Positions 36,769-50,106 of a stretch of 64,000 bases of DNA are shown piece after piece. Both the position numbers and the translations under genes were made by a program. The stretch lies in the NCBI RefSeq assembly GCF_009914755.1, contig NC_060931.1; one strand, written 5' to 3'. The DNA is from the human T2T-CHM13v2.0 reference genome, Homo sapiens. The notes beneath the pieces are model-generated. The model was not told the DNA's origin, made no database searches, and saw only the letters and a list, made by a program, of their open reading frames with translations. Positions within the stretch are counted from its first letter, which is position 1; each line of letters opens with the position of its first letter.

Positions 36769-36918
36769 CTTGACAGCCACTCCTTTTCCTTCAGGAAATT
36801 CTAGAAGATGAAAAGTCAGTTCTTCAACCCTAGTAATGCAGAGCTTTGGGTCAGTTGTTCTTCTTAATGCCTGAACTAATGCCCGGGTCCTGTTATCAAT
36901 ACTCACCCTTGCGATAAT
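36769..36918 (-). CDS. PNPLA8: PNPLA8 exon 4 (IIARVSIDNRTR...GVAVK), 150 nt
   Basis: tttgtag acceptor, AAG|GTAATT donor, phase 0/0. Confidence 0.95.
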
Positions 36919-37060
36919 CTACAAAGACATATTAAATAGATATGATTAGAATACAAAACTGCTCTAAAGAACAATGAAAGTTTCTTAGTTCTCATTAGGA
37001 AATAAAACTTATAAATTTGACAAAAAGTAATAGAACCGAAAAGCACACTGAACAACTTGC

Positions 37061-38116
37061 CTTTTCTCGCTGAAGAGATAAACGCTTTTTCTCCTCTGCA
37101 TTTCTGTCTTTGCTGACAGCCTGATCAGTTTTAGCAGGCTCTTCCTGTTCTTCTGACTGACTCTTTGAATCATACTTTAATTTGGGGACAAGTCCACCAA
37201 TATAACCACCTACTAAAGCTTGTACACCTTCCGTGGGACGAGAAAGAAAGTTAGCAATACTTTGTTTAGTTGAAACTTGAAGAACATCAGGTATCGCAGA
37301 AGGACTTGTAGGCTTGTCCACCGTATGTACAGATTCTGAGCCTGGCTTATAAGCCAGGATGCCAGGATCTGGAGATCTTAATTTCCCCTCTTCTACCTTT
37401 TTATCTTCAAGTTCTGATTTGTCCCGGAAATGTTCATTTTCCTTTTGTTGAGACATTTTTTCCTTACGTTTGAAATATGAATTAATATGATTTGATAAAA
37501 AGTAGAATGAGTCTCCAAATTTTGTGGTTATAGAACTTGTGTAATGAAAAAGACTGCGTTTACCTATATCTTCTTCTTTGTCTATAATGTGACTTTTCTC
37601 TTCTGGAAAAGGACTCTTTTCTGCTGATTTGTCACTATATTTTTTCAGAGATTTGATGGCTTGTTTGATGTTTTTCTGTTTTAACCAGCCACTATCCGAT
37701 ACTTTTCTTAAAATTTGGGAACTTGGCTTAAATTGAGCTAAACGTGAAATCATTTCATTTTGATTGCCAAAAACAGCCTTTGAAACAGAGTTCAAAGTAC
37801 TTTTAATACGGGACATACAAATGTTCACTTTTGTAAGTCCCTTGGGAGCAGAAGTGCTAAGTTTCAAAATCCCAATATGTAAACCATGGTTGCTTGGAGA
37901 GTAACAGTGCTTACTGCAAGAATGTGCTTCACTTTTGGTCCATTTACATCTTATTATGTTTGTATGAAAACCTCTTTGTAGACTGATGTGGCTTATCCTC
38001 CAGTAATGCTTAGGTGAGAACAAGAAATACAGTTGCTTGCTTCTCTGCTTCCCACAAACACTTCTTGCATTACTAAGGAGGTAAATATATATATCTACAG
38101 TCAGATTAATAGACAT
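37061..38116 (-). CDS. PNPLA8: PNPLA8 exon 3 coding part (codons 1-352; whole exon 37061-38199), N-terminal region with alternative starts M1/M101/M122/M221
   Basis: ORF MSINLTV...SLQREK, 1056 nt; acceptor tttcag at 38201-38200; donor AAG|GCAAGT. Confidence 0.96.
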
Positions 38117-38869
38117 AACTTAAAAATCATTTATTTTCTATGACATTCTCTCACTTCTTGAACGCTTCATTTAAGAAATGCCATAATTCATGGTCTTACC
38201 TGAAATGGCAAGAAAAAAAATTAGAATTCAAGTTAAAAATTGAAATTGGGTATAACAGAAAACACAAGACTATTTGGACTAAACTCAGCAAGCTGTCTCA
38301 AAAAAAGCAGACAAAATATTCCTATTATAGCTGATAGAAAATTCATTTTTAAGCTAATAGAAAATAATTCACTTTCAGTATAGAGGTAAATAAAAAAAGA
38401 AAATGAGGAATAGAATGTTTAGGGAGAAGAACTAATTTAGGGAAGTTTCCCAATAGATAAGTCTTCCGTTGCACAACACATAATTTAATATGCAATTTAG
38501 ATACTATGCTTTTTTTTCCCTTCCTCATTGTTAAATTCTGGACTACTTTATGTGACACTAGACTTTAATTCCTTGAAGAAAAAGGTCAGGTCTTATACAT
38601 TATTCATTGCAAACGATTTATAGAATACTTAATCTATACCAGACATGGTGCTAGATGCTGAAGCCACACAGTTACAGGATATGAAAGAATTTCCAGACTA
38701 GAGCTGCTGATAGCCATGTGAAAAAGATTTCACTACCTAAGTAATAAGTGCTCATTAAATCAAGTAAGTCAGGCTAGAAGAAACTACAGCATATAACATA
38801 GAAGGGGTTCTTAACCACTATGTAAAAAGAACACATACAAATAAGAAAAGAATAATCCAATTTAAAAAT

Positions 38870-41305
38870 GTGGTATTGGTAAAAGAAAAGACAAATAGAT
38901 CAATGGAACAGAATAGAGAGTCCAGAAACAGACCCAATTAAATACAGTTAATTGATCTTTGACAAAAGAGCAAAGGTAATACAATGGGGCAAAAATAGTC
39001 TTAACAAATGACAACTGACATCTGCATGCAAATTAATCTAGACACAGACTTTATACCTATCAAAAAAATTAACTCAAAACAGATTACAGATCTAAATGTA
39101 AAATGCAAATGTATAAAACTAGAATATAACATAGGAGAAAACTTAGATGACCTTAGGAATGGCAATGACTTTGAGACAATATCAAATGCACAATACACAA
39201 AAGAAAAAATTGGTAAGGTAGACTTCATTAATATTAAAAACTTCTGGCCAGGCGTGGTGGCTCACGCCTGTAATCCCAGCACTTTGGGAGGCTGAGGCAG
39301 GCAGATCACGAGGTCAGGAGTTCAAGACCAGCCTGGTCGGCATGGTGAAACCCCATCTCTACCAAAAATACAAAAAATTAGCTAGGCATGGTGGTGCACG
39401 TCGGTAATCTCAGCTACTCGGGTGGCTGAGGCAGAAGAATCACTTGAATCCAGGAGGCAGAGGTTACAGCGAGCCAAGATCGTGCCACTGCACTCCAGCC
39501 TGGGTGATAGAGCCAGGCTTTGTCTCAAAAACAAAACAAACAAAAAAAAAACCAACCTTCTGCTCTGTGAAGGTCAATGTCAAGAGAATAAGACAACGAG
39601 GCAGAGATTGGGAAAAAATATTTTCAACAGACATATCTGATAAAGAGCTGTCATCCGTAATATCCAAAGAACTCTTAAAGCTCGACAATAAGAAAACAAA
39701 CTCAATTACAAATGTGCCAAAGGCCGTAACAGACACCTCATCAAAGGAGATATATAGATAACAAATAAACATATAAGAAGTTGTACCACATCATATGTCA
39801 TCAGGAAAATGCAAACTAAAATAACCATGATACTACTACATATCTATTAGAATGGCCAGAATACAGAACATTGAGAACACTAAATGCTGGTGAGGATGTA
39901 AAGTAAAAGGAACTCTCACTCATTGCTGAAGAAAGACAAAATGGTACAGCCACTTTGAAAGATAGTTCGGTAGCTTCTTACAAAATTAAACATACTCTTA
40001 ACATGACCCAGCAATGGTACTCCTCGATATTTACCCAAAGGAGCTGAAGACTAAGTCCATAATAAAATCTGCACGAGGATGTTTACAGAAGCCTTATTCA
40101 TAATTGCCAAAATTTCAAAACAACAAGATGTATTTTAGTAAGTGAATGGATAAACTGTGGTACATCAATATACGGTATGTGTATGTGCCACAGACAGACA
40201 ATGGAAAATTGTTCAGTGCTACAAAGACATGAGCTATCAAGCCATAAAAAGACCGTGAGAAACCTGAAATGCATATTACTAAGTGAAAACAGCCAATCTG
40301 AAAAGGCTACATACTGTGTCTTAGTCTGTTCAGGCTCCTACAACAAAATCCCATAAACTGGGGAGCTTACATATATATGTAATATGGGGTGTCTGTGTGT
40401 GTGTGTTTTATAGAGACAGGGTCTCACTCTGTCACCCAGGCTGGAGTGCAGTGGCATGATCATAGCTCACTCACTACCACCTCGAACTCCTGGGCTCGTG
40501 CAATCCACCTGCCTCAGCCTCCCAAGTAGCTGGGACTACAGGTACACATGCCTGGCTTAGGTAGCTTATAAACAGTAGAAATTTATTTCACACAAAATTT
40601 CTCACAGTTCTGGAGACTGGGAAGTCCAAGATCAGTATTAACAGATTTGGTATCTGCTGAAGGCCCACTTACTGGTTCACAGATGGCTGTCTTCTTACCG
40701 TGTCCTCACATGGTAGAAGGTACTAACTAGCTCTATGGGTTGTCTTTTAGAAGGGCACTAATCTCATTCCTAAGGGCTACACCCTCCTGACCTAATCACC
40801 TCCCAAAGACCTACCTCTTAATACCATCACTTTAGCGGTTATGATTTCCACATGAATTTTGAGAGGCACAAACATTCGGACCATAGCAGTATGATTCCAG
40901 CTGTATAACACTCTAGAAAGGCAAAACTATGAAGACAGTAAAAAGATCAGCTGTTGCCAAAAGCAGTGTGTAGAAGGAATAAATAGGTAGGGGACAGAGG
41001 ACAGTATTTTTACTGCCCTAAAAATCCTCTGTATAGTATCATAATGATGGATAAATATAATTATACATTTGTTCAGACCCACAGAATGTACACTACCAGG
41101 AATGAACCCAAATGTACACTATGAACTTGGGGGACTGCGTGTGAATGCAGGCTCATCAATTATAATAACTGTACCACTCTGGTGGGTGATGCCGATAATG
41201 GAGGTGGCTATGCGTGTGTCAGGGTAGGGGGTATATGGAAACGTCTGTACCTTCCTCTCAATTTTCCTGTGAACCTAAAAACTATTCTTAAAAAAGTCTT
41301 TAAAA
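38870..41305 (+). mobile_element. Old L1MB/MC ORF2-3'UTR with nested AluS (39246-39550) and MaLR LTR (~40314-40888, -), itself containing an Alu monomer (~40410-40556, -)
   Basis: gatcaatggaacagaatagagagtccagaa; L1 sequence resumes after the LTR. Confidence 0.7.
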
Positions 41306-41342
41306 AAAAGCAATCTGCAGTTCTATATAAGCTATATGCACA

Positions 41343-41345
<3 letters not shown>

Positions 41346-41402
<57 letters not shown>
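41346..41402. repeat. (TA)n(CA)n compound microsatellite
   Basis: Direct reading. Confidence 0.95.
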
Positions 41403-41804
41403 TATATTAAGAAATTAAAAAATGAAAATCTACATATGCAGTTGAAATCTTATGGACACACATATACATACACATATTGATTCTGAAAGGATAAGCACCT
41501 GTTTGTTTATTCTTATGAACTAAGGCATGGGACCAAAAGGGAATGAGAACGGTTTTTACTTTTTACTTTTCTAGTGTCTGAATTATTTATAATGAGGTTT
41601 TATTTTGTAATTAGAAAAAGCAAAATATTTAAAGGACTGTAACAGAAGGTACCATGTGAATGAAAGACAAAGTGAGATAAAATCGAGGGAAGTTTAAAAA
41701 AAAAAAAAAGAGGTTAAAAACTGGCCAAATTTAAAAGAGAATTCATCACGTGTAAAGATGAGAAGGAAAGGAGAGAATTCTAAATAACGGTAAACAAAAC
41801 AAAC

Positions 41805-42010
41805 ACAGCCAAGAGTTTGAGACCAGCCCAGATAAATGGTGAAACCTTGTCTCTTAAAAAAAAATAAATAAAACAAATTAGCTGGGCATGGTGGCACATG
41901 CCTGTAGTCCTAGCTACTCAGGAGGCTGAGGTGGGAGGATTACTTGAGCCTAGGAATCTGAGGCTGCAGTGAGCCACAGAGACCCCATCTCTAAAACAAA
42001 CAACAAAACT
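41805..42010 (+). mobile_element. Partial AluJ
   Basis: Alu middle and right-arm sequence. Confidence 0.75.
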
Positions 42011-42276
42011 ACACACACAGAGGCAAACAGAAGAAAGCATGTAAGAAAGCACAGATAGTATGTGCAGAGATTACATGTAGTCTAGTTTTACTGCAGGACC
42101 TAGAGAGATTGAGAGAGAGGTAGATGATGCCAAGAAAGATGGAACTGAGAACCTATTCCAATTGTCCAGAAGATAACAGCCTGAAGTAAAATCCTTCCTT
42201 CTAAATTGCATGTGCCATTTAGAATTATCTAAAGGAAGAGAGAGAAAAAAAGCAAAGCCTGCCTTGTCTTCCAGGC

Positions 42277-42849
42277 TGAAGGAGCCCAGGGAATTCTACC
42301 ACAAAATATGGCTCCCTGGTATAAGTATTTTGAATTAAAGCCCCATCAGAGATCAACAGATGCTAGAAGAGACTTTTTCCCTATCTACAAAAAGACCAGA
42401 CAGATTCCCCAAGGGGAACAATTGTTTTCCCTTCTCCTCCTCAGGGAGAAGGGAAAACAATTTTATTATTTGCTGCAGAAAAGAAGACTGAAGAATGTAA
42501 CCACACCCAAAGGACACTTTCACAAGATAAAGTCTGTCTCTTAGGCTCATTCAGTTTTCAAAGAGAATACAAGTTCGTCTCTGTCCTTCCAACTCTCCGT
42601 CCATTCCTTCTCCCTAGTAATCAGTTATTGCCGCTCGAGAGAATTACCTCCATTCACCATCTTTCCTTCCCCTCTGAAAATAGCTATATAAGTATGTGGG
42701 CCCCACTGGGATATTTAAGTAATCATTGTGATTCTCACCTGTGCACATTAATAAATTTGTATGCCATTTCTCTTACTAATCTGTTTCTGTCAGCTGATTT
42801 TCAGCAAACCGGCAGAGGTGGAAGGGGAAATTTTCCCTCGATCCCTACA
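42277..42849 (+). mobile_element. Solo ERV1 LTR (MER39/MER34-like)
   Basis: TG...CA termini, 4-bp TSD AGGC, TATA-like ctatataag and AATAAA. Confidence 0.8.
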
Positions 42850-42969
42850 AGGCTCTTCTGAACTCCTTGGGACTTACAGTCAATAAGATAAGCCAAGTTA
42901 ACATAAAAGCTCTGCAGCCCCAATGACACAAAAACACTTAATATAAAATACTTGTGGATAAAAAGCCAT

Positions 42970-43368
42970 GCTCTGTTTTCACTTATATGTAGGAGCTAAA
43001 AAAAATTGGATCTCATGGAGATAGAGAGTAGAACGATAGATACCAGAGGCTAGGAACAGTGTGTGAGGGAGAGTTGGGGGCTGGAAAGGAGGGGATAAGA
43101 GAGGTTGGTTAATGGGTACGAACATACAGTTAGAAGTAATGAGTTATAGTATTTGAATAGTACAGTAGGGGGACTATAGTTAACAATGACATATTGTGTT
43201 ATTTCAAAATAGCTAGAAGATTTGAAATATTCCCAAGAAAAAATAAATGTTCAAGGTGATGCATATTCTAAATACCGATTTGATCATTACACATTGTATG
43301 CATGTATCAAAATATCACATCTACCCTATAAATATATACAAATATTATATATCATTTAAAAAAAAATT
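42970..43368 (+). mobile_element. L1MA/MB 3' end
   Basis: ctcatggagatagagagtagaa...tttgatcattacacattgtat...A-tail. Confidence 0.7.
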
Positions 43369-44102
43369 CATGCTCAACTTGAAGAATACTGAGACTGTAA
43401 AATGAAACCAGAAAAATAACTGTGTGAGGTAATGCATATGTTAGATTTAGTTAGTCCACAATGAAAATAATACTTAAAAACATCATGTTGCACACCATAA
43501 ATACATACACCTTTATCTGGCAATTTAAAAAATAAAAAATAATTTTATAAAATAATAAAGCCATGCTCAAAGTCAACAGTAAAAAATCTCCAGGTTTAAG
43601 AGGACCCACAGGCCTGGAACAGCAGTCATACTATCCTCAAGGTGCAGATACCCTATGGGCAATGGGATCCTACACCAAGCAACCACTATGGAAAATGAAC
43701 TCACTGAAGTTACAAAACATGCAAAGAAATGCACCATCACCTGCAGAGAGGATCAGCAAATATAGCCAGAAAAAAAAATGTGTAACTAAGATTTAGAAAT
43801 AGAAAAAAATTAAGTAGGTCTAAAATGTTCAAAGATGAAACAGAAGGAAAATAAAGAGTCGAAAAGAGAACTGTACCAAGAATAAACAAGGACAGCAAAA
43901 TCTTAGAAATGAAAACTCCAGCTATGTGCTAGCTACAAACACACCTATAATGAAAGGCTGAAAATACAGGACTGGGAAAAATGTTATACCAGACCTAAAC
44001 TACCCATCAGAAGGTAAAAAGCCTTTGAAGGTAAACATAAGGGAAAGGCATTAATTATGGATAAAAAGGAGACATTACAAAATAAAGGAATGATCCACTT
44101 AC

Positions 44103-44148
44103 TTATTAAACTTCAGGTAATCATGTAGACCTTGGAGGAGAAGACAAT
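44103..44148 (-). other. PNPLA8: PNPLA8 46-nt non-coding exon 2
   Basis: Polypyrimidine tract with TAG acceptor (tttgttttatttctcaatag) and donor TAA|GTAAGT. Confidence 0.75.
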
Positions 44149-44446
44149 CTATTGAGAAATAAAACAAATAATAAACGTAATGTATAAAGTCAGCCTGAGA
44201 AGTGCCATGAATTAAAATAAAGCGGGAGGAGGGGAAGAAGGCCACAGAGTGCTATTTTATGGTGTGATCAGAACTGAGTTGACATTTTAGTGGAAACCTG
44301 AATGAAGGGAGGAAGAAAATTATTAAGAAAATCTGGGAAAAAAGCATTCTAGTCAGAGAGAAAAAACAACCCACAATTTGGAGACAAACAGCAAGAACTA
44401 CAAGGTGGTTAAAGGCAAGTAAGGGGAAAAAATAGAATGATAAAGA

Positions 44447-45323
<877 letters not shown>

Positions 45324-45933
45324 GACCCCAAAATTCAGGCAGGAAATGGAGACTAGGCTATGGTAAGAATTTTGCATTGTTTCTTTCCAATATGACGAAT
45401 TTATGAAACCACCTATCAACTTGGCATTAAAATACAGTACAAAAGGCCAAAATAAGGGAACTATTACAAGATTAGACAATTTCATAATCATGAGAGATTT
45501 AATACACCTTTCTCAGAAACTACAACTATCAAGCAAAAATTACAAAACAAAGATGACCAACAAAATCAATAAGTTTAATTGCCCCCAAATCACAACACTA
45601 GTAAATGCAAGGTAAGTGTTTTGAGAGTACATTCAGCCAGAAGTTAGATGGCAAAAACACAGGAAGAAGAATGTAAAGTGAGATGCTATCATCAACTGAA
45701 AAAAGAGCAAGGAAGAATAGAGGTAGTATAAATACAATGGAGGTACGAATAAAACAAAACGGAGAGGCTGGGACCAAACACTTAGAGAAGGGAATGGAGT
45801 TTTAACTAGAGGAATTAAGGGAATTGTTAGATGGAGACCCAGCTAAGGATGGAAAGAATGAATTTACAGAGTATGTCACTTAATTATTAATATAACAGTC
45901 AAAAGGGTGACAACAGTCTGAAGGTAACAGTAC

Positions 45934-46442
45934 TGAGGAGAGCAAAGATCACCTGGTGGCCATCGAGCAGACCATCCAGAGGGAAAGCTCCTTATCTGAG
46001 GAATTCAGAAACAATTAGACTTCTCTATTAGCTAAAGCCGGCATCTGGTACCAGGATTCTTTCCCAGAAATTTATAAGTAACTAGAATCTCTATACATGT
46101 CCAGAATGTATGCATGTCGAAACTCACTGTGCAACTTTTGCTGATATCAAAGCACCAAAATGTCTATAAATGTAATCACTGATCATGACCTACGTGGCTA
46201 ATATGGTCCAAGTTACCCTTCAGCTTCTGCTTTAAGGTCCATAAATACCCCTAAGAAAAAATCCACTGCGGTGAGCTGTCCTCTCTTGCTGAGGCGCCTG
46301 GCTGCACTCTTCTGCAGCACTCTTTCTATCCAATAAAACTTTCCTTTTCAAACCTACGGTGTTGTCGGTAAATTTTTCTTACTACCCTACTACCCCAAGC
46401 TGACCACTTTCTGATGCTGGGGCTCTGACACCTCACCCAGCA
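45934..46442 (+). mobile_element. Solo LTR, ERVL-class (LTR42/LTR47-like; subfamily uncertain)
   Basis: TG...CA termini, 5-bp TSD AGTAC, cataaata and AATAAA signals. Confidence 0.75.
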
Positions 46443-47169
46443 AGTACTAGTGTGGGGAAGAGGGCCACTCTGAACACTTTGAAAGTAAGGGAAAAAAGAG
46501 AAAACAACAAAACACAGGACTTGACAGCCAAGAATGGGGTAAAGAGAGGGAAGTGTTAAGAGAGCTCTAAGGTTTTAAATCTGAAAAATACGGAGAGTGC
46601 CATTTGCGAATATGAGAAAACTGTGAAGGGGACAATTTAATAGGAGAGAAAAACACATTTTCTTTTGGATTCACAGGATGAAGTAACAGTGGGACATTCA
46701 AATGGAAATGTACACAGACTGTGGATTTACTTGTGGAATTACCAGCATAGTGGCAGCAGAAACCACAACATTAGACGTATTTACCAGATGATAGTTTACA
46801 GTAATAATACATGACTATTTTGGGATCAGGCAACCTGAGTAAAGCTTTTCTTCCTTGAAAAATGTGTATTTGCAATACAAACTATATTTTCCATAATATT
46901 TCAGGATATTCACATGCCCACTGAAGTATATTTGGGTTTCAAACACGAAACTCTGGTTTAGGGAGAGCGACAGGGGTAGAGCCTTGAGTGCCACCCAGAG
47001 CTAGGAAGAGGAAGAAAAGACTCTAAAGGAAACAAAACAGGAGAAAAGCCACCCTGAAAAAATCAGGACACTGAAAACCAAGACAGGACCAAATTTTTTC
47101 AAGTAATGGATAATGAACAGAATAAAATACTTGAGTACTGCAGAGAAAGATAAGAACTAAGAAATGACT

Positions 47170-47443
47170 GGCCAGGTGCGGTGGCTCAGGCCTGAAATCC
47201 CAGCACTTTGGGAGGCCGAGGCGGGCGGATCACCTGAGGCCAGGAGTTTGAGAGCAGCCTGGCCAACATGGGGAAACCCGTCTCTACTTAAAAAAATTAG
47301 CCGGGTGTGGTTGCGCACGCCTGTAAATCCCAGCTACTCGGGAGGCTGAAGCAAGAGAATCGTTTGAACCTTGCAGTGAGTCGAGATCGCACCAAGGCAC
47401 TCCAGCCTGGGCGACAGAGAGAGACTCCCAACAACAACAAAAA
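47170..47443 (+). mobile_element. AluS with short right-arm deletion
   Basis: gaacc|ttgcagtg junction lacks the cgggaggcggagg segment. Confidence 0.85.
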
Positions 47444-48369
47444 ATGGCAGGACAGGAAGGTGTCTATGGCTCAGCATTCTAACTCTGACCTTTTTACAAA
47501 TATATATTCCATGAGTGAAGCAATATGCAGCTTCAGCACAACCCCTCTAACTGGGGTAAAAAAAAACAACTCAAAGTACAGGCTGTTCTTGTAACAACTT
47601 TGCATGTGAAACAAGTGAATAGCTAAACTAGTGAAACTGGCCCTTTCATTCAACATCACTCATTAAAAGGGCGTTTACAAGATTTTAATTTAGTCCTGAT
47701 ATAGAAATAAAAAAAGAGATCAACATTAAGAAAAAGTTGATTATAATTACGAAATAAAAACATGTTCTTATATTGAAAGGACAACTAATTTGCATAAGCA
47801 ATTTAACAAAATAGCTAAAATGGGCTTGATACAACTGCCTCACAAGGCATAAGCTCTTAATGTTTCACTGTTTAACAGCATTTTCTTAATACACTGAAAC
47901 ATTTGTCATTTTTGAACTCTCAGAAATTAGGACTGCAGAACCAGGATACAACTGTTTTGGAATTGAAAACAGTATTTTAAGCAGGATTATATGATAGTCC
48001 CTTATGTCACAACTCTCCTGAGTTTTTCCTATGAGTCACCATTTTAAAGTTATCATTGTATTAGGCGTGGAAAGCAGGTTCCTTCCAGCACAATGATAGA
48101 AATGACACAGGGATAGGAAGCACTGCAACACAGTGATTCATACACCTTATCCACTTAAGCAACAGCGGTCAAGGATAGAATCAAATGTGGATGGGGTCAG
48201 AAAGAGATTACTGACAAAAAATATCAGGCAGTAGAATCACCAGGTGCACACTGACAGTCGAGAATGATGTAGACTAGGGAAACCCTCCTGAGAGTGACCA
48301 GTTAACTACTGGAGAACACTACAGTCCAGGGGAAGGCAGACAGACTCTGGAAAATTGAGGAGGGAGTCG

Positions 48370-49280
48370 TGGGGATGGGACAGGGGGAGCAGGGCGGGAC
48401 CTGCGAAACCAAATACGGTTTGCGCTTCTGGGGCAGCAAAGCCCACGGGGGCGGAGGGCGCCGAGTACCAATGAGCTCCAGGACCTGCGGGCTCCTTCCA
48501 GCGCCAGCTCCTCCCCAAAGCCTGGCGTGTCCCCACCCTCTCGCTCGGGAAGTGCCCTCCAAAGAAAGAAAGGACGACCCGGAGCGCCGGACAAGGGTCC
48601 AGAACGATCAACCAGCCTCCTATCGTCCCGCCCCTGTCCCCTCGCGGCTACTTACCGGGATGCAGGCCGCAGTCACTAGGGCTGCAGCGGCGACTCGCTC
48701 GTTCCCGGCAATGACGTCCACTCCAACCGGCCTGCATCAGCTGAGCTTCCAACACAAACACTGGCGCAGCAGCTAGGTCGCCACCCACTCAGCCCCGCCC
48801 CGCTCCGCCCCCAGCGGAAGTGACGCGCTAGAAGTTTGGGTCTACCCGCGGGCCGGGGTGAGGATTTTCCGCCTCGCTCAGGCCTCTGCCTCCTTGTCAA
48901 TCTCCGTTCCTCCCCCGCCCCGAGATATGCGCAATAGAGCATGACGGAGCGCAAGGCGGGAAGCCGCGACAGACGTGTGTGCGTGCGTGCGTGCGTGATG
49001 CGCGAGGCGTGGCTTGCTGGTGGGGCGTGCTGTGCCTTGGTTGGTTGCCGGGTGTGAGAGCGGTGGGACTTCGTTTTGCCTTCCTGGGCGGGACCTCGGA
49101 GCAGTGTCCTGGTTTGCTTGTTTGCGGGCCGCTATTCCCTTTCAGCAGAGATAAGCCTCCCTCTCCGCGTCCCTGAAGCCCCTGCCTGCGCTGAGTTCCT
49201 TGGAGCTGGGGGCTGCGATACCAGTCTCTTGGAGGGTGGTGCCCGGCGCGGCCGCGCCCCTTTCTCTATATCCATTCCTG
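48370..49280. promoter_or_regulatory. CpG-island, TATA-less promoter of PNPLA8
   Basis: High GC/CpG density; GC boxes (CCCCGCCCC ~48793-48812, ~48912-48921); GCGGAAGTGACG ETS/half-CRE at 48814-48825. Confidence 0.9.
48656..48820 (-). other. PNPLA8: PNPLA8 first exon (5'UTR)
   Basis: Donor CCG|GTAAGT (plus-strand cttaccgg, GT at 48655-48654) inside the CpG island, downstream of GC boxes and an ETS motif. TSS position approximate. Confidence 0.8.
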
Positions 49281-50106
49281 GGCATGGCCACCCAGACTAA
49301 ATGTCACTCAAAAGCGAGTTGACATATATTACTGTATTGGAAGTTAGCATAAACCGCCCCACAAATGGTCCCACACGTAACACATCTTTTTAAAATTGTG
49401 GCATTTCATACGTACCACAGGGGCAAACTACAGCCCTCAGGGCAAATCCAGCCCACCGCAGGTTCTGCTGTACTAGGAGCTAAAAATGGGTTTCACATTT
49501 TTCAAAGGTTAAAAAAAAAGTTTTGCGACAGATGACAATTATATGACATTCATATTTGTGTCTGCTTTTTAAAGTTTCATTAGAACATAGCTTTGCATTC
49601 CTATACATGCTGTTAATTAAAGCTTTTATACTACAATAGCGAATTTGGGTAGTTGCAATAGCCCCTTACCCTCTTGAAGTGACCTTGCAATTACGTTGAG
49701 GTCGGGAAAACAGATCAGTTTCAACTAGTTATCAACCTCAAAATGTTATCAAGACTTATACTGTACTCTCAAGGCTTACCCACTACCCATGGGTATGTAT
49801 GCTTTAGCCCCCTGTAAGGTTATTGTAAAGTCCTTAAGGAAGGGGATTCTTTGACCTGTCAAATGTAGTGGATGTTACCCTGATAGTTGTGTTGTTTTGA
49901 TTTTTTTAAATCAAGGAGGGAAAGCCAGCTTGCTATGTTCTTGGGACACAGTGTCTGGATTATGTACATCATAATGCCTGGTAAACCCCAGCAGTGGATA
50001 AGCCAGACATGTTATTTAGCTACAGGAGAGTTAAAAGATGTATGCACCAATTAAGCCTTACAGGCGTGTGGAAGGAGCTTTAGTTTTTGAGACAGATTCC
50101 TCCTTG

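Noticed and set aside
36995-37060. C-terminal hydrophobic tail ASCSVCFSVLLLFVKFISFIS of the 373-aa ORF
   Set aside because: Read-through into the GC-AG intron, not part of the spliced protein.
48302-49300. Several overlapping 65-135 aa ORFs in the CpG island
   Set aside because: Stop-poor GC-rich DNA with no recognisable homology.
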